A stretch of 64,000 nt of DNA from Escherichia coli. GTDB taxonomy: Bacteria > Pseudomonadota > Gammaproteobacteria > Enterobacterales > Enterobacteriaceae. Shown piece by piece: positions 1 through 12,572 of the stretch (its first letter is position 1; each line of letters starts with the position of its first letter). Under the pieces are notes generated by a model. It did no database searches, was not told where the DNA came from, and saw only the letters and a list, made by a program, of their open reading frames with translations. The translations under genes and the position numbers were made by a program. The DNA is taken from assembly GCF_030013595.1 (NCBI RefSeq), contig NZ_CP122768.1. One strand, 5' to 3'.

Positions 1-1
1 A

Positions 2-142
2 CAGCCAGAGAAAGTCGAATTCATGTGGGATGATTATCATCGCCAGCAGCTTGAAGAGATTGCTGAAGAGGATGATGAGGACTGGGATGACGACTGGGAC
101 GAAGACGACGAAGAAGGCGTTGAGTTCATTTACAAGCGTTAA
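2..142 (+). CDS. obgE: GTPase ObgE/CgtA, C-terminal fragment (5' end lies outside the window)
   Basis: Frame open from the window edge, translating ...[46 protein letters not shown], stop at 140-142; the acidic tail matches the ObgE C-terminus. Absent from the ORF track because the ORF is truncated. Confidence 0.8.
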
Positions 143-147
143 TCAGC

Positions 148-176
148 AAAACCCCGGCCATGTGCCGGGGTTTCTC
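148..176. terminator. Hairpin between convergent obgE and dacB (ccccggc-catgt-gccgggg plus T run)
   Basis: GC-rich inverted repeat at 152-170 flanked by A/T runs, sitting between two convergent stop codons. Confidence 0.55.
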
Positions 177-182
177 TTTAGA

Positions 183-1616
183 CTAATTATTCTGATAAAT
201 ATCTTTATACAAACGGCTTTCAAAACGCACTAACGGAATACGGCGATTACGCTGATCCGCCGGTTCTACTGCATAGCCAGAAAGATATTGCACAAACGCC
301 ATTCGTTGCCCGCTCGCTGTGGTAATGAATCCCGCCAGGTTATATACCCCCTGCAACGAACCGGTTTTCGCTGATACTTTTCCATCCACGCCCGCCTGAT
401 GCAGACCTGCACGGTACTGCAAAGAGCCGTCATAGCCCGCCAGCGGCAGCATAGAGATAAAGTTAAGTTCATTGTCGTGTTGGGCTATGTATTGCAGCAC
501 CTGCATCATGGTGGCGGGGGCAATCAGGTTATGCCGCGAAAGCCCTGAACCATCGGCAATAATGGTGTTACCAATATCGACAACGGCTTGCTGGCGCAGG
601 ATCTGACGCACGGCGTCCGACCCGGCCCGCCATGTTCCAGGCACATTGAAGCGCGCATGGCCGATCATGCGGAAAACCGTATCGGCAATCATGTTGTCCG
701 ACTTTTTCAGCATAATCTTAAGCAGATCGTGCAGCGGGGCCGACTGTTTACTGGCAACTACCGTTCCAGGTTCGTTAACCTGAGTCTGGCGCAGCAGTGT
801 TCCACTCCAGGTGATACCCGCCTGTTTTAACTCATCTTTCAGAATTGCCCCGGCATAGCTGGCTCCATCCTGCACGGCAAAAGCCAACGGGAGCGGCTCA
901 GAACGTTGCGGCAGGCATCCCGTCAGCGTAAAGCGGTTCAGGTCGCCTGGTACGACATCCAGTTCGCAGTATTGCGCTTCGGCAGAACCACGGGGGAGGG
1001 TGCGTACCTGGCTGAACATCGTAACGGGGTAATAAGATGCCACGCGTATAAAAGCCATATCACCAGGTTTTGGGGCACTGTAGAGCGAGACGGAGAAACA
1101 GTTGCGGTCAACTATGGCGGCGGCAGGCGGAGCGCTAAAGCATTGTGTCATGTCATTCCATGGCCAGCCGGGGGCTTTATCGTGGCTGGCGAAAATGGAG
1201 GTATCTATCAACACATTGCCATCGATTTGGTTGACGCCAGATTTTTTCAAAGTCGCGACCATATTGCGAATATCCTGACGTTTTAACGTCGGATCGGCAC
1301 CAAATCGCGCCACTAAGTCACCCTTAAGTACGCCGTTTTCCACATTACCTTTGGTTTCAAGCGTCGTGGTAAAACGAAAATCGGGGCCGAGTTGAATCAA
1401 CGCCGCTAGCGCTGTAATCACTTTCTGCGTACTGGCGGGCAGCGCCATCTGCTGACTGTGGTAATCAATAGCGGGGGCCGACGCGCCGACTTTTTGCACC
1501 ATCAGGGCAAGGTTGGCACCAGCGGGGAGTTGAGTAATATACTCATCAACATTTGCGGCCTGAACACTGAACGCTATACAGCTGGTCAATCCGATGATAA
1601 ATCTGGAAAATCGCAT
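183..1616 (-). CDS. dacB: D-alanyl-D-alanine carboxypeptidase/endopeptidase, PBP4
   Basis: 477-aa ORF; translation recognised as E. coli DacB (signal peptide MRFSRFIIGLTSCIAFSVQA, STQK motif). Confidence 0.95.
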   Translation of the reverse strand: MRFSRFIIGLTSCIAFSVQAANVDEYITQLPAGANLALMVQKVGASAPAIDYHSQQMALPASTQKVITALAALIQLGPDFRFTTTLETKGNVENGVLKGDLVARFGADPTLKRQDIRNMVATLKKSGVNQIDGNVLIDTSIFASHDKAPGWPWNDMTQCFSAPPAAAIVDRNCFSVSLYSAPKPGDMAFIRVASYYPVTMFSQVRTLPRGSAEAQYCELDVVPGDLNRFTLTGCLPQRSEPLPLAFAVQDGASYAGAILKDELKQAGITWSGTLLRQTQVNEPGTVVASKQSAPLHDLLKIMLKKSDNMIADTVFRMIGHARFNVPGTWRAGSDAVRQILRQQAVVDIGNTIIADGSGLSRHNLIAPATMMQVLQYIAQHDNELNFISMLPLAGYDGSLQYRAGLHQAGVDGKVSAKTGSLQGVYNLAGFITTASGQRMAFVQYLSGYAVEPADQRNRRIPLVRFESRLYKDIYQNN

Positions 1617-1863
1617 AATCTCGCGCTAACAACCTGGAATCGAGCCGTCATACTACGGCGCAACGCCCTATAAAGTAAACGATGACCCTTCGGGAACTTC
1701 AGGGTAAAATGACTATCAAAATGTGAATTGTAGCTGACCTGGGACCTGTACCCGGGTCGGTATTTTTTTGCTTCTGGTCCCGGTGAGGAGTTATGCCGGG
1801 CAGGCCGAACAGCCGGGGTGGGTGAAGACTTGCCCCATCAGGAATATTCAAGAGGTATAACAA

Positions 1864-2340
<477 letters not shown>

Positions 2341-2384
2341 GAATTACCCAATACTCAAGATGTTGATGTATTGTAAAGAAAGGA

Positions 2385-2407
2385 AAAAGGCCGCTATGCG
2401 GCCTTTT
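2385..2407. terminator. Bidirectional rho-independent terminator between greA and yhbY
   Basis: aaaaggccgc-tat-gcggcctttt, a perfect hairpin with A run upstream and T run downstream. Confidence 0.6.
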
Positions 2408-2495
2408 ATCAACGAACAGAGCGTGGCATTTTGCTCTCCTGCCTGCGGAAAACCCCTCGTTTTACACAGCAAATGTGTGTAACTTTAGGATAATC

Positions 2496-2789
2496 TTAGC
2501 GTGGCAGCGAGATTTTACGTTCTTTAGTTGGGCGATAAAGCACCAGCGTTTTACCGATGACCTGTACATTACAGGCGCCGGTTTCGCGCACGATAGCTTC
2601 CACGATCAAGGTTTTAGTTTCGCGATCTTCGGTGGCGATTTTCACCTTGATGAGTTCATGGTGCTCTAACGCTTGTTCAATCTCGGCCAGCACCCCTTCG
2701 GTCAAACCATTACTGCCAAGCAGAACAACTGGCTTGAGCGGATGTGCCAGACCTTTCAGGTGCTGTTTTTGTTTAGTACTCAGATTCAT
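2496..2789 (-). CDS. yhbY: CRS1/YhbY-type RNA-binding protein (ribosome assembly)
   Basis: 97-aa ORF matching E. coli YhbY. Confidence 0.9.
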   Translation of the reverse strand: MNLSTKQKQHLKGLAHPLKPVVLLGSNGLTEGVLAEIEQALEHHELIKVKIATEDRETKTLIVEAIVRETGACNVQVIGKTLVLYRPTKERKISLPR

Positions 2790-2914
2790 CGTATTTTTTG
2801 CTTACGTTGGGATTGAAAACGGGTCATTCTACCGCCATCTCCCATATATCACCAAATAGGCGCGTAAAAATTTACGCAATTGGTTACGATGAGTTATCCC
2901 CATGGGAAAGTTAA

Positions 2915-3544
2915 ATGACAGGTAAGAAGCGTTCTGCCAGCTCCAGCCGCTGGCTTCAGGAACACTTTAGCGATAAATATGTTCAACAGGCACAGAAAAA
3001 GGGGTTACGTTCCCGTGCCTGGTTTAAACTTGATGAAATACAGCAAAGTGACAAACTCTTTAAACCGGGAATGACGGTTGTCGACCTTGGTGCTGCTCCG
3101 GGTGGTTGGTCACAATATGTGGTCACCCAAATTGGCGGCAAAGGCCGCATCATCGCTTGCGATCTTTTACCTATGGATCCTATCGTTGGTGTGGACTTTC
3201 TTCAGGGCGATTTTCGTGATGAACTGGTGATGAAAGCACTGCTGGAGCGCGTTGGCGACAGCAAAGTCCAGGTTGTCATGTCCGATATGGCACCAAACAT
3301 GAGTGGAACACCGGCGGTGGATATCCCCCGTGCCATGTATCTGGTGGAACTGGCGCTAGAAATGTGTCGTGATGTATTAGCGCCAGGTGGCAGTTTTGTA
3401 GTGAAGGTGTTCCAGGGCGAAGGTTTCGATGAGTATCTAAGGGAAATTCGCTCCCTGTTTACGAAGGTCAAAGTTCGTAAGCCGGACTCTTCTCGTGCAC
3501 GTTCGCGGGAAGTGTATATTGTAGCGACCGGGCGTAAACCCTAA
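2915..3544 (+). CDS. rlmE: 23S rRNA U2552 2'-O-methyltransferase (FtsJ/RrmJ)
   Basis: 209-aa ORF, SAM-binding motif [13 protein letters not shown]; directly upstream of ftsH as in the heat-shock operon. Confidence 0.95.
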
Positions 3545-3643
3545 CCGGGAGATTTCAGACGAAAGTTTGAAAGATGCTGGATATAGAGTATCCTGACGCT
3601 GTTTTTAACACAGTTGTAATAAGAGGTTAATCCCTTGAGTGAC

Positions 3644-5578
3644 ATGGCGAAAAACCTAATACTCTGGCTGGTCATTGCCGTTGTGCTGATGTCAGTATTC
3701 CAGAGCTTTGGGCCCAGCGAGTCTAATGGCCGTAAGGTGGATTACTCTACCTTCCTACAAGAGGTCAATAACGACCAGGTTCGTGAAGCGCGTATCAACG
3801 GACGTGAAATCAACGTTACCAAGAAAGATAGTAACCGTTATACCACTTACATTCCGGTTCAGGATCCGAAATTACTGGATAACCTGTTGACCAAGAACGT
3901 CAAGGTTGTCGGTGAACCGCCTGAAGAACCAAGCCTGCTGGCTTCTATCTTCATCTCCTGGTTCCCGATGCTGTTGCTGATTGGTGTCTGGATCTTCTTC
4001 ATGCGTCAAATGCAGGGCGGCGGTGGCAAAGGTGCCATGTCGTTTGGTAAGAGCAAAGCGCGCATGCTGACGGAAGATCAGATCAAAACGACCTTTGCTG
4101 ACGTTGCGGGCTGCGACGAAGCAAAAGAAGAAGTTGCTGAACTGGTTGAGTATCTGCGCGAGCCGAGCCGCTTCCAGAAACTCGGCGGTAAGATCCCGAA
4201 AGGCGTCCTGATGGTCGGTCCTCCGGGTACCGGTAAAACGCTGCTGGCGAAAGCGATTGCAGGCGAAGCAAAAGTTCCGTTCTTTACTATCTCCGGTTCT
4301 GACTTCGTCGAAATGTTCGTCGGTGTGGGTGCATCCCGTGTTCGTGATATGTTCGAACAGGCGAAGAAAGCGGCACCGTGTATCATCTTTATCGATGAAA
4401 TCGACGCCGTAGGCCGCCAGCGTGGCGCAGGCCTGGGCGGTGGTCACGATGAACGTGAACAGACTCTGAACCAGATGCTGGTTGAGATGGATGGCTTCGA
4501 AGGTAACGAAGGTATCATCGTTATCGCCGCGACTAACCGTCCGGACGTTCTTGACCCGGCGCTGCTGCGTCCTGGCCGTTTCGACCGTCAGGTTGTGGTT
4601 GGCTTGCCAGATGTTCGCGGTCGTGAGCAGATCCTGAAAGTTCACATGCGTCGCGTACCATTGGCACCCGATATCGACGCGGCAATCATTGCCCGTGGTA
4701 CTCCTGGTTTCTCCGGTGCTGACCTGGCGAACCTGGTGAACGAAGCGGCACTGTTCGCTGCTCGTGGCAACAAACGCGTTGTGTCGATGGTTGAGTTCGA
4801 GAAAGCGAAAGACAAAATCATGATGGGTGCGGAACGTCGCTCCATGGTGATGACGGAAGCGCAGAAAGAATCGACGGCTTACCACGAAGCGGGTCACGCG
4901 ATTATCGGTCGCCTGGTGCCGGAACACGATCCGGTGCACAAAGTGACGATTATCCCACGCGGTCGTGCGCTGGGTGTAACTTTCTTCTTGCCTGAGGGCG
5001 ACGCAATCAGCGCCAGCCGTCAGAAACTGGAAAGCCAGATTTCTACGCTGTACGGTGGTCGTCTGGCAGAAGAGATCATCTACGGGCCGGAACATGTTTC
5101 TACCGGTGCGTCCAACGATATTAAAGTTGCGACCAACCTGGCACGTAACATGGTGACTCAGTGGGGCTTCTCTGAGAAATTGGGTCCACTGCTGTACGCG
5201 GAAGAAGAAGGTGAAGTGTTCCTCGGCCGTAGCGTAGCGAAAGCGAAACATATGTCTGATGAAACTGCACGTATCATCGACCAGGAAGTGAAAGCACTGA
5301 TTGAGCGTAACTATAATCGTGCGCGTCAGCTTCTGACCGACAATATGGATATTCTGCATGCGATGAAAGATGCTCTCATGAAATATGAGACTATCGACGC
5401 ACCGCAGATTGATGACCTGATGGCACGTCGCGATGTACGTCCGCCAGCGGGCTGGGAAGAACCAGGCGCTTCTAACAATTCTGGCGACAATGGTAGTCCA
5501 AAGGCTCCACGTCCGGTTGATGAACCGCGTACGCCGAACCCGGGTAACACCATGTCAGAGCAGTTAGGCGACAAGTAA
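3644..5578 (+). CDS. ftsH: ATP-dependent zinc metalloprotease FtsH (HflB)
   Basis: AAA+ Walker [14 protein letters not shown] zinc motif; start placed at the ATG giving MAKNLILW (644 aa) rather than the TTG 9 nt upstream used by the ORF track. Confidence 0.95.
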
Positions 5579-5609
5579 GTTACCGCATCAGATGACTGTA
5601 TTTGTACCG

Positions 5610-5640
5610 AAAACCCCGGGGCGTGCTCCGGGGTTTTTTC
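5610..5640 (+). terminator. Hairpin plus T tract downstream of ftsH
   Basis: aaaccccggggcgtgctccggggtttttt immediately after the ftsH stop. Confidence 0.55.
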
Positions 5641-5667
5641 TTATCAATTCATACCAGGGATAACACC

Positions 5668-6516
5668 ATGAAACTCTTTGCCCAGGGCACTTCACTGGAC
5701 CTTAGCCATCCTCACGTAATGGGGATCCTCAACGTCACGCCTGATTCCTTTTCGGATGGTGGCACGCATAACTCGCTGATAGATGCGGTGAAACATGCGA
5801 ATCTGATGATCAACGCTGGCGCGACGATCATTGACGTTGGTGGCGAGTCCACGCGCCCAGGAGCGGCGGAAGTTAGCGTTGAAGAAGAGTTGCAACGTGT
5901 TATTCCTGTGATTGAGGCAATTGCTCAACGCTTCGAAGTCTGGATCTCGGTCGATACATCCAAACCAGAAGTCATCCGTGAGTCAGCGAAAGTTGGCGCT
6001 CACATTATTAACGATATCCGCTCCCTTTCCGAACCAGGGGCTCTGGAGGCAGCTGCAGAAACCGGTTTACCGGTTTGTCTGATGCATATGCAGGGAAATC
6101 CAAAGACCATGCAGGAAGCCCCGAAGTATGACGATGTCTTTGCGGAAGTGAATCGCTATTTTATTGAGCAAATAGCACGTTGCGAGCAGGCGGGTATCGC
6201 AAAAGAGAAATTGTTGCTCGACCCCGGATTCGGTTTCGGTAAAAATCTCTCCCATAACTATTCATTACTGGCGCGCCTGGCTGAATTTCACCATTTCAAC
6301 CTGCCGCTGTTGGTGGGTATGTCACGAAAATCGATGATTGGGCAGCTGCTGAACGTGGGGCCGTCCGAGCGTCTGAGCGGTAGTCTGGCTTGTGCGGTCA
6401 TTGCCGCTATGCAAGGCGCGCATATCATTCGTGTTCATGACGTCAAAGAAACCGTAGAAGCGATGCGGGTGGTGGAAGCCACTCTGTCTGCAAAGGAAAA
6501 CAAACGCTATGAGTAA
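5668..6516 (+). CDS. folP: Dihydropteroate synthase
   Basis: Start moved to the internal ATG giving [12 protein letters not shown] (282 aa); the ORF-track start at 5602 lies inside the ftsH terminator. Confidence 0.93.
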
Positions 6517-7846
6517 TCGTAAATATTTCGGTACCGATGGGATTCGTGGTCGTGTAGGGGATGCGCCGATCACCCCTGATTTTGTGCTTAAGCTGGGTTG
6601 GGCCGCGGGTAAAGTGCTGGCGCGCCACGGCTCCCGTAAGATCATCATTGGTAAAGACACGCGTATTTCTGGCTATATGCTGGAGTCAGCACTGGAAGCT
6701 GGTCTAGCGGCTGCGGGCCTTTCCGCACTCTTCACTGGTCCGATGCCAACACCGGCCGTGGCTTATCTGACGCGTACCTTCCGCGCAGAGGCCGGCATTG
6801 TGATTTCTGCATCGCATAACCCGTTCTATGATAACGGCATTAAATTCTTCTCTATCGACGGCACCAAACTGCCGGATGCAGTTGAAGAAGCCATCGAAGC
6901 GGAAATGGAAAAAGAGATCAGCTGCGTTGATTCGGCAGAACTGGGTAAAGCCAGCCGTATCGTTGATGCTGCGGGTCGCTATATCGAGTTTTGCAAAGCC
7001 ACGTTCCCAAACGAACTTAGCCTTAGTGAACTGAAGATTGTGGTGGATTGTGCAAACGGTGCGACTTATCACATCGCGCCGAACGTGCTGCGTGAACTGG
7101 GAGCGAACGTTATCGCTATCGGTTGTGAGCCGAACGGTGTAAACATCAATGCCGAAGTGGGGGCTACCGACGTTCGCGCTCTCCAGGCTCGTGTGCTGGC
7201 TGAAAAAGCGGATCTCGGTATTGCCTTCGACGGCGACGGCGATCGCGTGATTATGGTTGACCATGAAGGCAATAAAGTCGATGGCGATCAGATCATGTAT
7301 ATCATCGCGCGTGAAGGTCTTCGTCAGGGCCAGCTGCGTGGTGGCGCTGTGGGAACATTGATGAGCAACATGGGGCTTGAGCTGGCGCTGAAACAGTTAG
7401 GAATTCCATTTGCGCGCGCGAAAGTGGGTGACCGCTACGTACTGGAAAAAATGCAGGAGAAAGGCTGGCGTATCGGTGCAGAGAATTCCGGTCATGTGAT
7501 CCTGCTGGATAAAACCACTACCGGTGACGGCATCGTTGCTGGCTTGCAGGTGCTGGCGGCGATGGCACGTAACCATATGAGCCTGCACGACCTTTGCAGC
7601 GGCATGAAAATGTTCCCGCAGATTCTGGTTAACGTGCGTTACACCGCAGGTAGCGGCGATCCGCTTGAGCATGAGTCAGTTAAAGCCGTGACCGCAGAGG
7701 TTGAAGCTGCGCTGGGCAACCGTGGACGCGTTTTGCTGCGTAAATCTGGCACCGAGCCGTTAATTCGCGTGATGGTAGAAGGTGAAGACGAAGCGCAGGT
7801 AACTGAATTTGCACACCGTATCGCCGATGCAGTAAAAGCCGTTTAA
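6509..7846 (+). CDS. glmM: Phosphoglucosamine mutase
   Basis: 445-aa ORF; active-site region SASHNP; overlaps the folP stop by 8 nt. Confidence 0.95.
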
Positions 7847-7865
7847 AGCGTTAGATAACTGGCTA

Positions 7866-7892
7866 AAAAGGCGGCGATTGTCGCCTTTTTTC
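7866..7892 (+). terminator. Hairpin plus T tract after glmM
   Basis: aaaggcggcga-ttg-tcgccttttttct. Confidence 0.55.
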
Positions 7893-8073
7893 TCGGCGAA
7901 CACATCGGTTTTGCTGTTTTTTTCCGCAGTTGATACAATGCGATAAAATTGCCCTTGCGAAGGTCATTCGCTTTGGTTAGTATTCACACCCGCTTCAGTG
8001 GGAAAGATTAAAAACTCCCGCTTTATTGGTTGAAGCATTGGTACGCGGCAACTCCGCAAGGAACAGGTTGATT

Positions 8074-8406
8074 ATGTACGAAGCTCTTTTAGTAGTTTTC
8101 CTTATTGTGGCAATTGGCCTTGTTGGTCTGATCATGCTGCAGCAAGGTAAAGGCGCTGATATGGGAGCCTCCTTCGGAGCAGGCGCTTCCGCTACGCTGT
8201 TTGGTTCAAGTGGTTCTGGTAACTTCATGACCCGCATGACGGCGCTGCTGGCAACGTTATTCTTCATCATCAGTCTGGTGCTGGGTAACATCAATAGCAA
8301 TAAAACCAATAAAGGTAGCGAATGGGAAAACCTGAGTGCGCCGGCGAAAACCGAACAAACTCAGCCAGCTGCTCCGGCTAAGCCGACCAGCGATATCCCG
8401 AACTAA
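8074..8406 (+). CDS. secG: Preprotein translocase subunit SecG
   Basis: Start placed at the ATG giving MYEALLVVFLIVAIGLVGLIMLQQGKG (110 aa); glycine-rich membrane protein. Confidence 0.93.
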   Translation: MYEALLVVFLIVAIGLVGLIMLQQGKGADMGASFGAGASATLFGSSGSGNFMTRMTALLATLFFIISLVLGNINSNKTNKGSEWENLSAPAKTEQTQPAAPAKPTSDIPN

Positions 8407-8420
8407 AAAGTAGTATCCGT

Positions 8421-8507
8421 GCCGAGGTGGTGGAATTGGTAGACACGCTACCTTGAGGTGGTAGTGCCCAATAGGGCTTACGGGTTCAAGTCCCGTCCTC
8501 GGTACCA
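8421..8507 (+). tRNA. leuU: tRNA-Leu (anticodon GAG)
   Basis: gccgaggtggtggaattggtagacacgctaccttGAGgtggtag...gttcaagtcccgtcctcggtacca: long-variable-arm class II tRNA with CCA end, 14 nt downstream of secG. Confidence 0.93.
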
Positions 8508-8516
8508 AATTCCAGA

Positions 8517-8546
8517 AAAGAGACGCTGAAAAGCGTCTTTTTTCGT
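8517..8546 (+). terminator. Rho-independent terminator after tRNA-Leu
   Basis: aaaagagacgct-gaaa-agcgtctttttt. Confidence 0.6.
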
Positions 8547-8965
8547 TTTGGTCCTGGTCTGAGGAATGGTTGTCAGGTATCTGTATCTCGTCCAGTTGCT
8601 TTACTCGTAGCTGGTACTTTGAAACGATGGTGCCGGTACGCCTTAGTTATAAACTTTTCCCTTCTGCTGACATAATTGGCACTTTATTGTGTCAACTCCA
8701 GTTCCGGTACGAATACGGATATGTTTACTTCTCGATAAACCATCCTGCTCCTGTCAGTATAACTACTGATGGCTACGTTCTGCGTAATGTTTAGAGACGC
8801 ATTGATAATGTTATTTAATTACTGAGAACGCAATGGCCGCATCATTTAAAAAGAAAAAACTAACAGTGTTTCGTTCTGATATGGATCAGAGTTGAAAAAC
8901 ATGTCTGATATAAAATTGAACATTGTTGATAATTGTTTATATTGGTTGTGAACTTGGATTTCTGG

Positions 8966-10591
8966 ATGACAGTATTCAACAAATTTGTTAGAAGTTTTAA
9001 ATCTCATTGGTTGTTGTATCTTTGTGTTATTGTTTTTGGTATTACGAACTTAGTCGCCTCTTCCGGAGCGCATATGGTTCAGCGATTGCTGTTCTTCGTT
9101 CTGACCATCCTGGTTGTTAAACGTATATCATCCCTTCCGCTTCGCCTGCTTGTTGCCGCACCATTTGTGTTACTGACAGCGGCAGACATGAGTATTAGCC
9201 TCTATTCATGGTGTACCTTTGGTACAACTTTCAATGATGGATTTGCGATTAGCGTGCTGCAGAGTGATCCGGATGAAGTTGTCAAAATGCTGGGGATGTA
9301 TATCCCTTATCTATGTGCTTTTGCCTTTTTATCCCTTCTTTTTTTGGCAGTAATAATAAAATATGATGTTTCCTTGCCGACGAAAAAAGTGACAGGAATA
9401 TTATTGCTGATTGTCATTTCGGGCAGTTTATTTTCCGCTTGTCAATTTGCTTATAAAGATGCAAAAAATAAAAAAGCGTTCAGTCCATATATACTAGCGT
9501 CGCGATTTGCTACCTATACGCCGTTTTTCAATCTCAATTATTTTGCTTTAGCAGCGAAAGAGCATCAAAGATTACTCTCAATTGCAAACACGGTGCCATA
9601 TTTTCAATTATCAGTCAGGGATACAGGTATTGATACCTACGTGTTGATTGTGGGGGAGTCTGTACGTGTCGACAATATGTCTTTGTATGGATACACACGC
9701 TCTACGACACCGCAAGTCGAAGCACAAAGAAAACAGATCAAACTGTTTAATCAAGCAATAAGCGGTGCACCTTACACTGCGCTGTCGGTTCCCCTTTCTT
9801 TAACTGCTGATTCTGTTTTGAGTCATGACATTCATAATTACCCGGACAACATTATTAATATGGCTAATCAAGCAGGATTTCAGACTTTCTGGCTAAGCTC
9901 GCAATCCGCTTTTCGGCAGAATGGTACAGCAGTTACCAGTATCGCCATGCGCGCCATGGAAACAGTCTATGTCAGAGGATTTGATGAATTGTTGTTGCCG
10001 CATTTATCGCAAGCGTTACAGCAAAAGACGCAGCAAAAGAAACTGATTGTTCTTCATTTAAATGGAAGCCATGAACCGGCTTGTAGCGCCTATCCGCAAT
10101 CCAGCGCCGTGTTTCAACCGCAGGACGATCAGGATGCCTGCTATGACAACTCCATTCATTACACAGATAGTTTGCTAGGTCAGATTTTTGAATTATTAAA
10201 AGATCGCCGCGCCTCGGTCATGTATTTTGCCGACCACGGCCTGGAACGCGACCCTACGAAGAAGAACGTCTATTTTCATGGAGGCAGGGAGGCCAGCCAG
10301 CAGGCATATCATGTCCCGATGTTTATCTGGTATAGCCCCGTTCTTGGGGATGGCGTTGATCGTACAACGGAAAACGATATCTTTTCCACTGCGTACAATA
10401 ATTACCTTATTAATGCGTGGATGGGGGTAACAAAGCCGGAACAGCCGAAAACGCTGGAGGAAGTGATTGCACACTATAAAGGAGACTCACGGGTTGTGGA
10501 TGCAAACCATGATGTTTTCGATTATGTGATGCTCAGAAAGGAGTTTACAGAGGATAAGCAAGGTAACCCCACCCCTGAAGGGCAGGGTTGA
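8966..10591 (+). CDS. yhbX: Inner-membrane sulfatase-superfamily protein, phosphoethanolamine-transferase-like (EptA/EptB/OpgE paralogue family)
   Basis: Hydrophobic N-terminal segments followed by a soluble domain; start placed at MTVFNKF (541 aa) from recalled YhbX; AT-rich codon usage. Confidence 0.85.
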   Translation: MTVFNKFVRSFKSHWLLYLCVIVFGITNLVASSGAHMVQRLLFFVLTILVVKRISSLPLRLLVAAPFVLLTAADMSISLYSWCTFGTTFNDGFAISVLQSDPDEVVKMLGMYIPYLCAFAFLSLLFLAVIIKYDVSLPTKKVTGILLLIVISGSLFSACQFAYKDAKNKKAFSPYILASRFATYTPFFNLNYFALAAKEHQRLLSIANTVPYFQLSVRDTGIDTYVLIVGESVRVDNMSLYGYTRSTTPQVEAQRKQIKLFNQAISGAPYTALSVPLSLTADSVLSHDIHNYPDNIINMANQAGFQTFWLSSQSAFRQNGTAVTSIAMRAMETVYVRGFDELLLPHLSQALQQKTQQKKLIVLHLNGSHEPACSAYPQSSAVFQPQDDQDACYDNSIHYTDSLLGQIFELLKDRRASVMYFADHGLERDPTKKNVYFHGGREASQQAYHVPMFIWYSPVLGDGVDRTTENDIFSTAYNNYLINAWMGVTKPEQPKTLEEVIAHYKGDSRVVDANHDVFDYVMLRKEFTEDKQGNPTPEGQG

Positions 10592-10598
10592 TGTCGAA

Positions 10599-11957
<1,359 letters not shown>

Positions 11958-11992
11958 TTAATTAACTGATGATGAGCCTGGATTTCCGCTCT

Positions 11993-12032
11993 CACTGAAT
12001 TTTTATGCAAAATAAATGAGTTTTCATTTAAT
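11993..12032 (-). promoter_or_regulatory. Tandem ARG-box-like ArgR operator upstream of argG
   Basis: cACTGAATtTTTATgCAaa followed by aaTGAgtTTTcATTtaat, two adjacent 18-bp units resembling the TNTGAAT-(A/T)4-ATTCANW ARG box, 50-90 bp upstream of the argG start. Confidence 0.5.
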
Positions 12033-12289
12033 CATCTTTTATCGGAGACAGGAAGAGTTTAGTGTGTTTTTTGTAAAATAATGCGCTTAAGGGAGAGCAG
12101 GAGAAGGCAAAAGTATTCAACAAATGAAAGTGAACCGGATATTCATTCACGTGATTAGCAATAAACGTTGACAAAATGTGGCATGGATCACTATAATGCC
12201 TGCAGATTTTACGTCCCGTCTCGGTACACCAAATCCCAGCAGTATTTGCATTTTTTACCCAAAACGAGTAGAATTTGCCACGTTTCAGG

Positions 12290-12366
<77 letters not shown>

Positions 12367-12487
12367 CTTTCCCTTAGAGTCCTTTTTCAAATATACTGTG
12401 AAGACTTCGGCCTTCGTAGTGGGATTTGAAAAAATCCTTCTGGAAAGTGCTCCAGACCGCAGTTGCGGTTATAGGGTTCAGTTATAT

Positions 12488-12515
12488 AAAGCCCCGATTT
12501 ATCGGGGTTTTTTGT
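12488..12515 (+). terminator. Partial terminator between metY and rimP
   Basis: aaagccccgatttatcggggtttttt. Confidence 0.55.
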
Positions 12516-12572
12516 TATCTGACTACAGAATAACTGGGCTTTAGGCCCTTTTTTTATGTCTTGGGGGTGGGC

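Noticed and set aside
2800-2914. Sigma-32 heat-shock promoter upstream of rlmE-ftsH
   Set aside because: Expected here from established knowledge, but I could not align a convincing CTTGAAA-N13-15-CCCCATNT pair with correct spacing by eye (ttgaaaa at about 2814 and cccatat at about 2843 are roughly 22 bp apart), so no feature is called.
3872-5359. 495-aa minus-strand ORF antisense to ftsH, plus similar long antisense ORFs at 13239-14708 (nusA), 15921-17636 (infB), 23073-24350 (deaD) and 10896-11969 (argG)
   Set aside because: Each lies entirely within a well-supported sense gene; the translations are low-complexity and Arg/Cys/His/Phe-rich, as expected for reverse-strand reading of GC-biased codons; no plausible RBS or homology.
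8257-8508. 83-aa minus-strand ORF overlapping secG and tRNA-Leu
   Set aside because: It is the antisense of a tRNA and a coding gene; the translation (MVPRTGLEPV...) is the classic reverse read of a tRNA.
8570-8794. 74-aa plus-strand ORF in the AT-rich leuU-yhbX spacer
   Set aside because: No RBS, Cys/Phe/Tyr-rich translation and no recognisable homology; more likely yhbX promoter/leader sequence.
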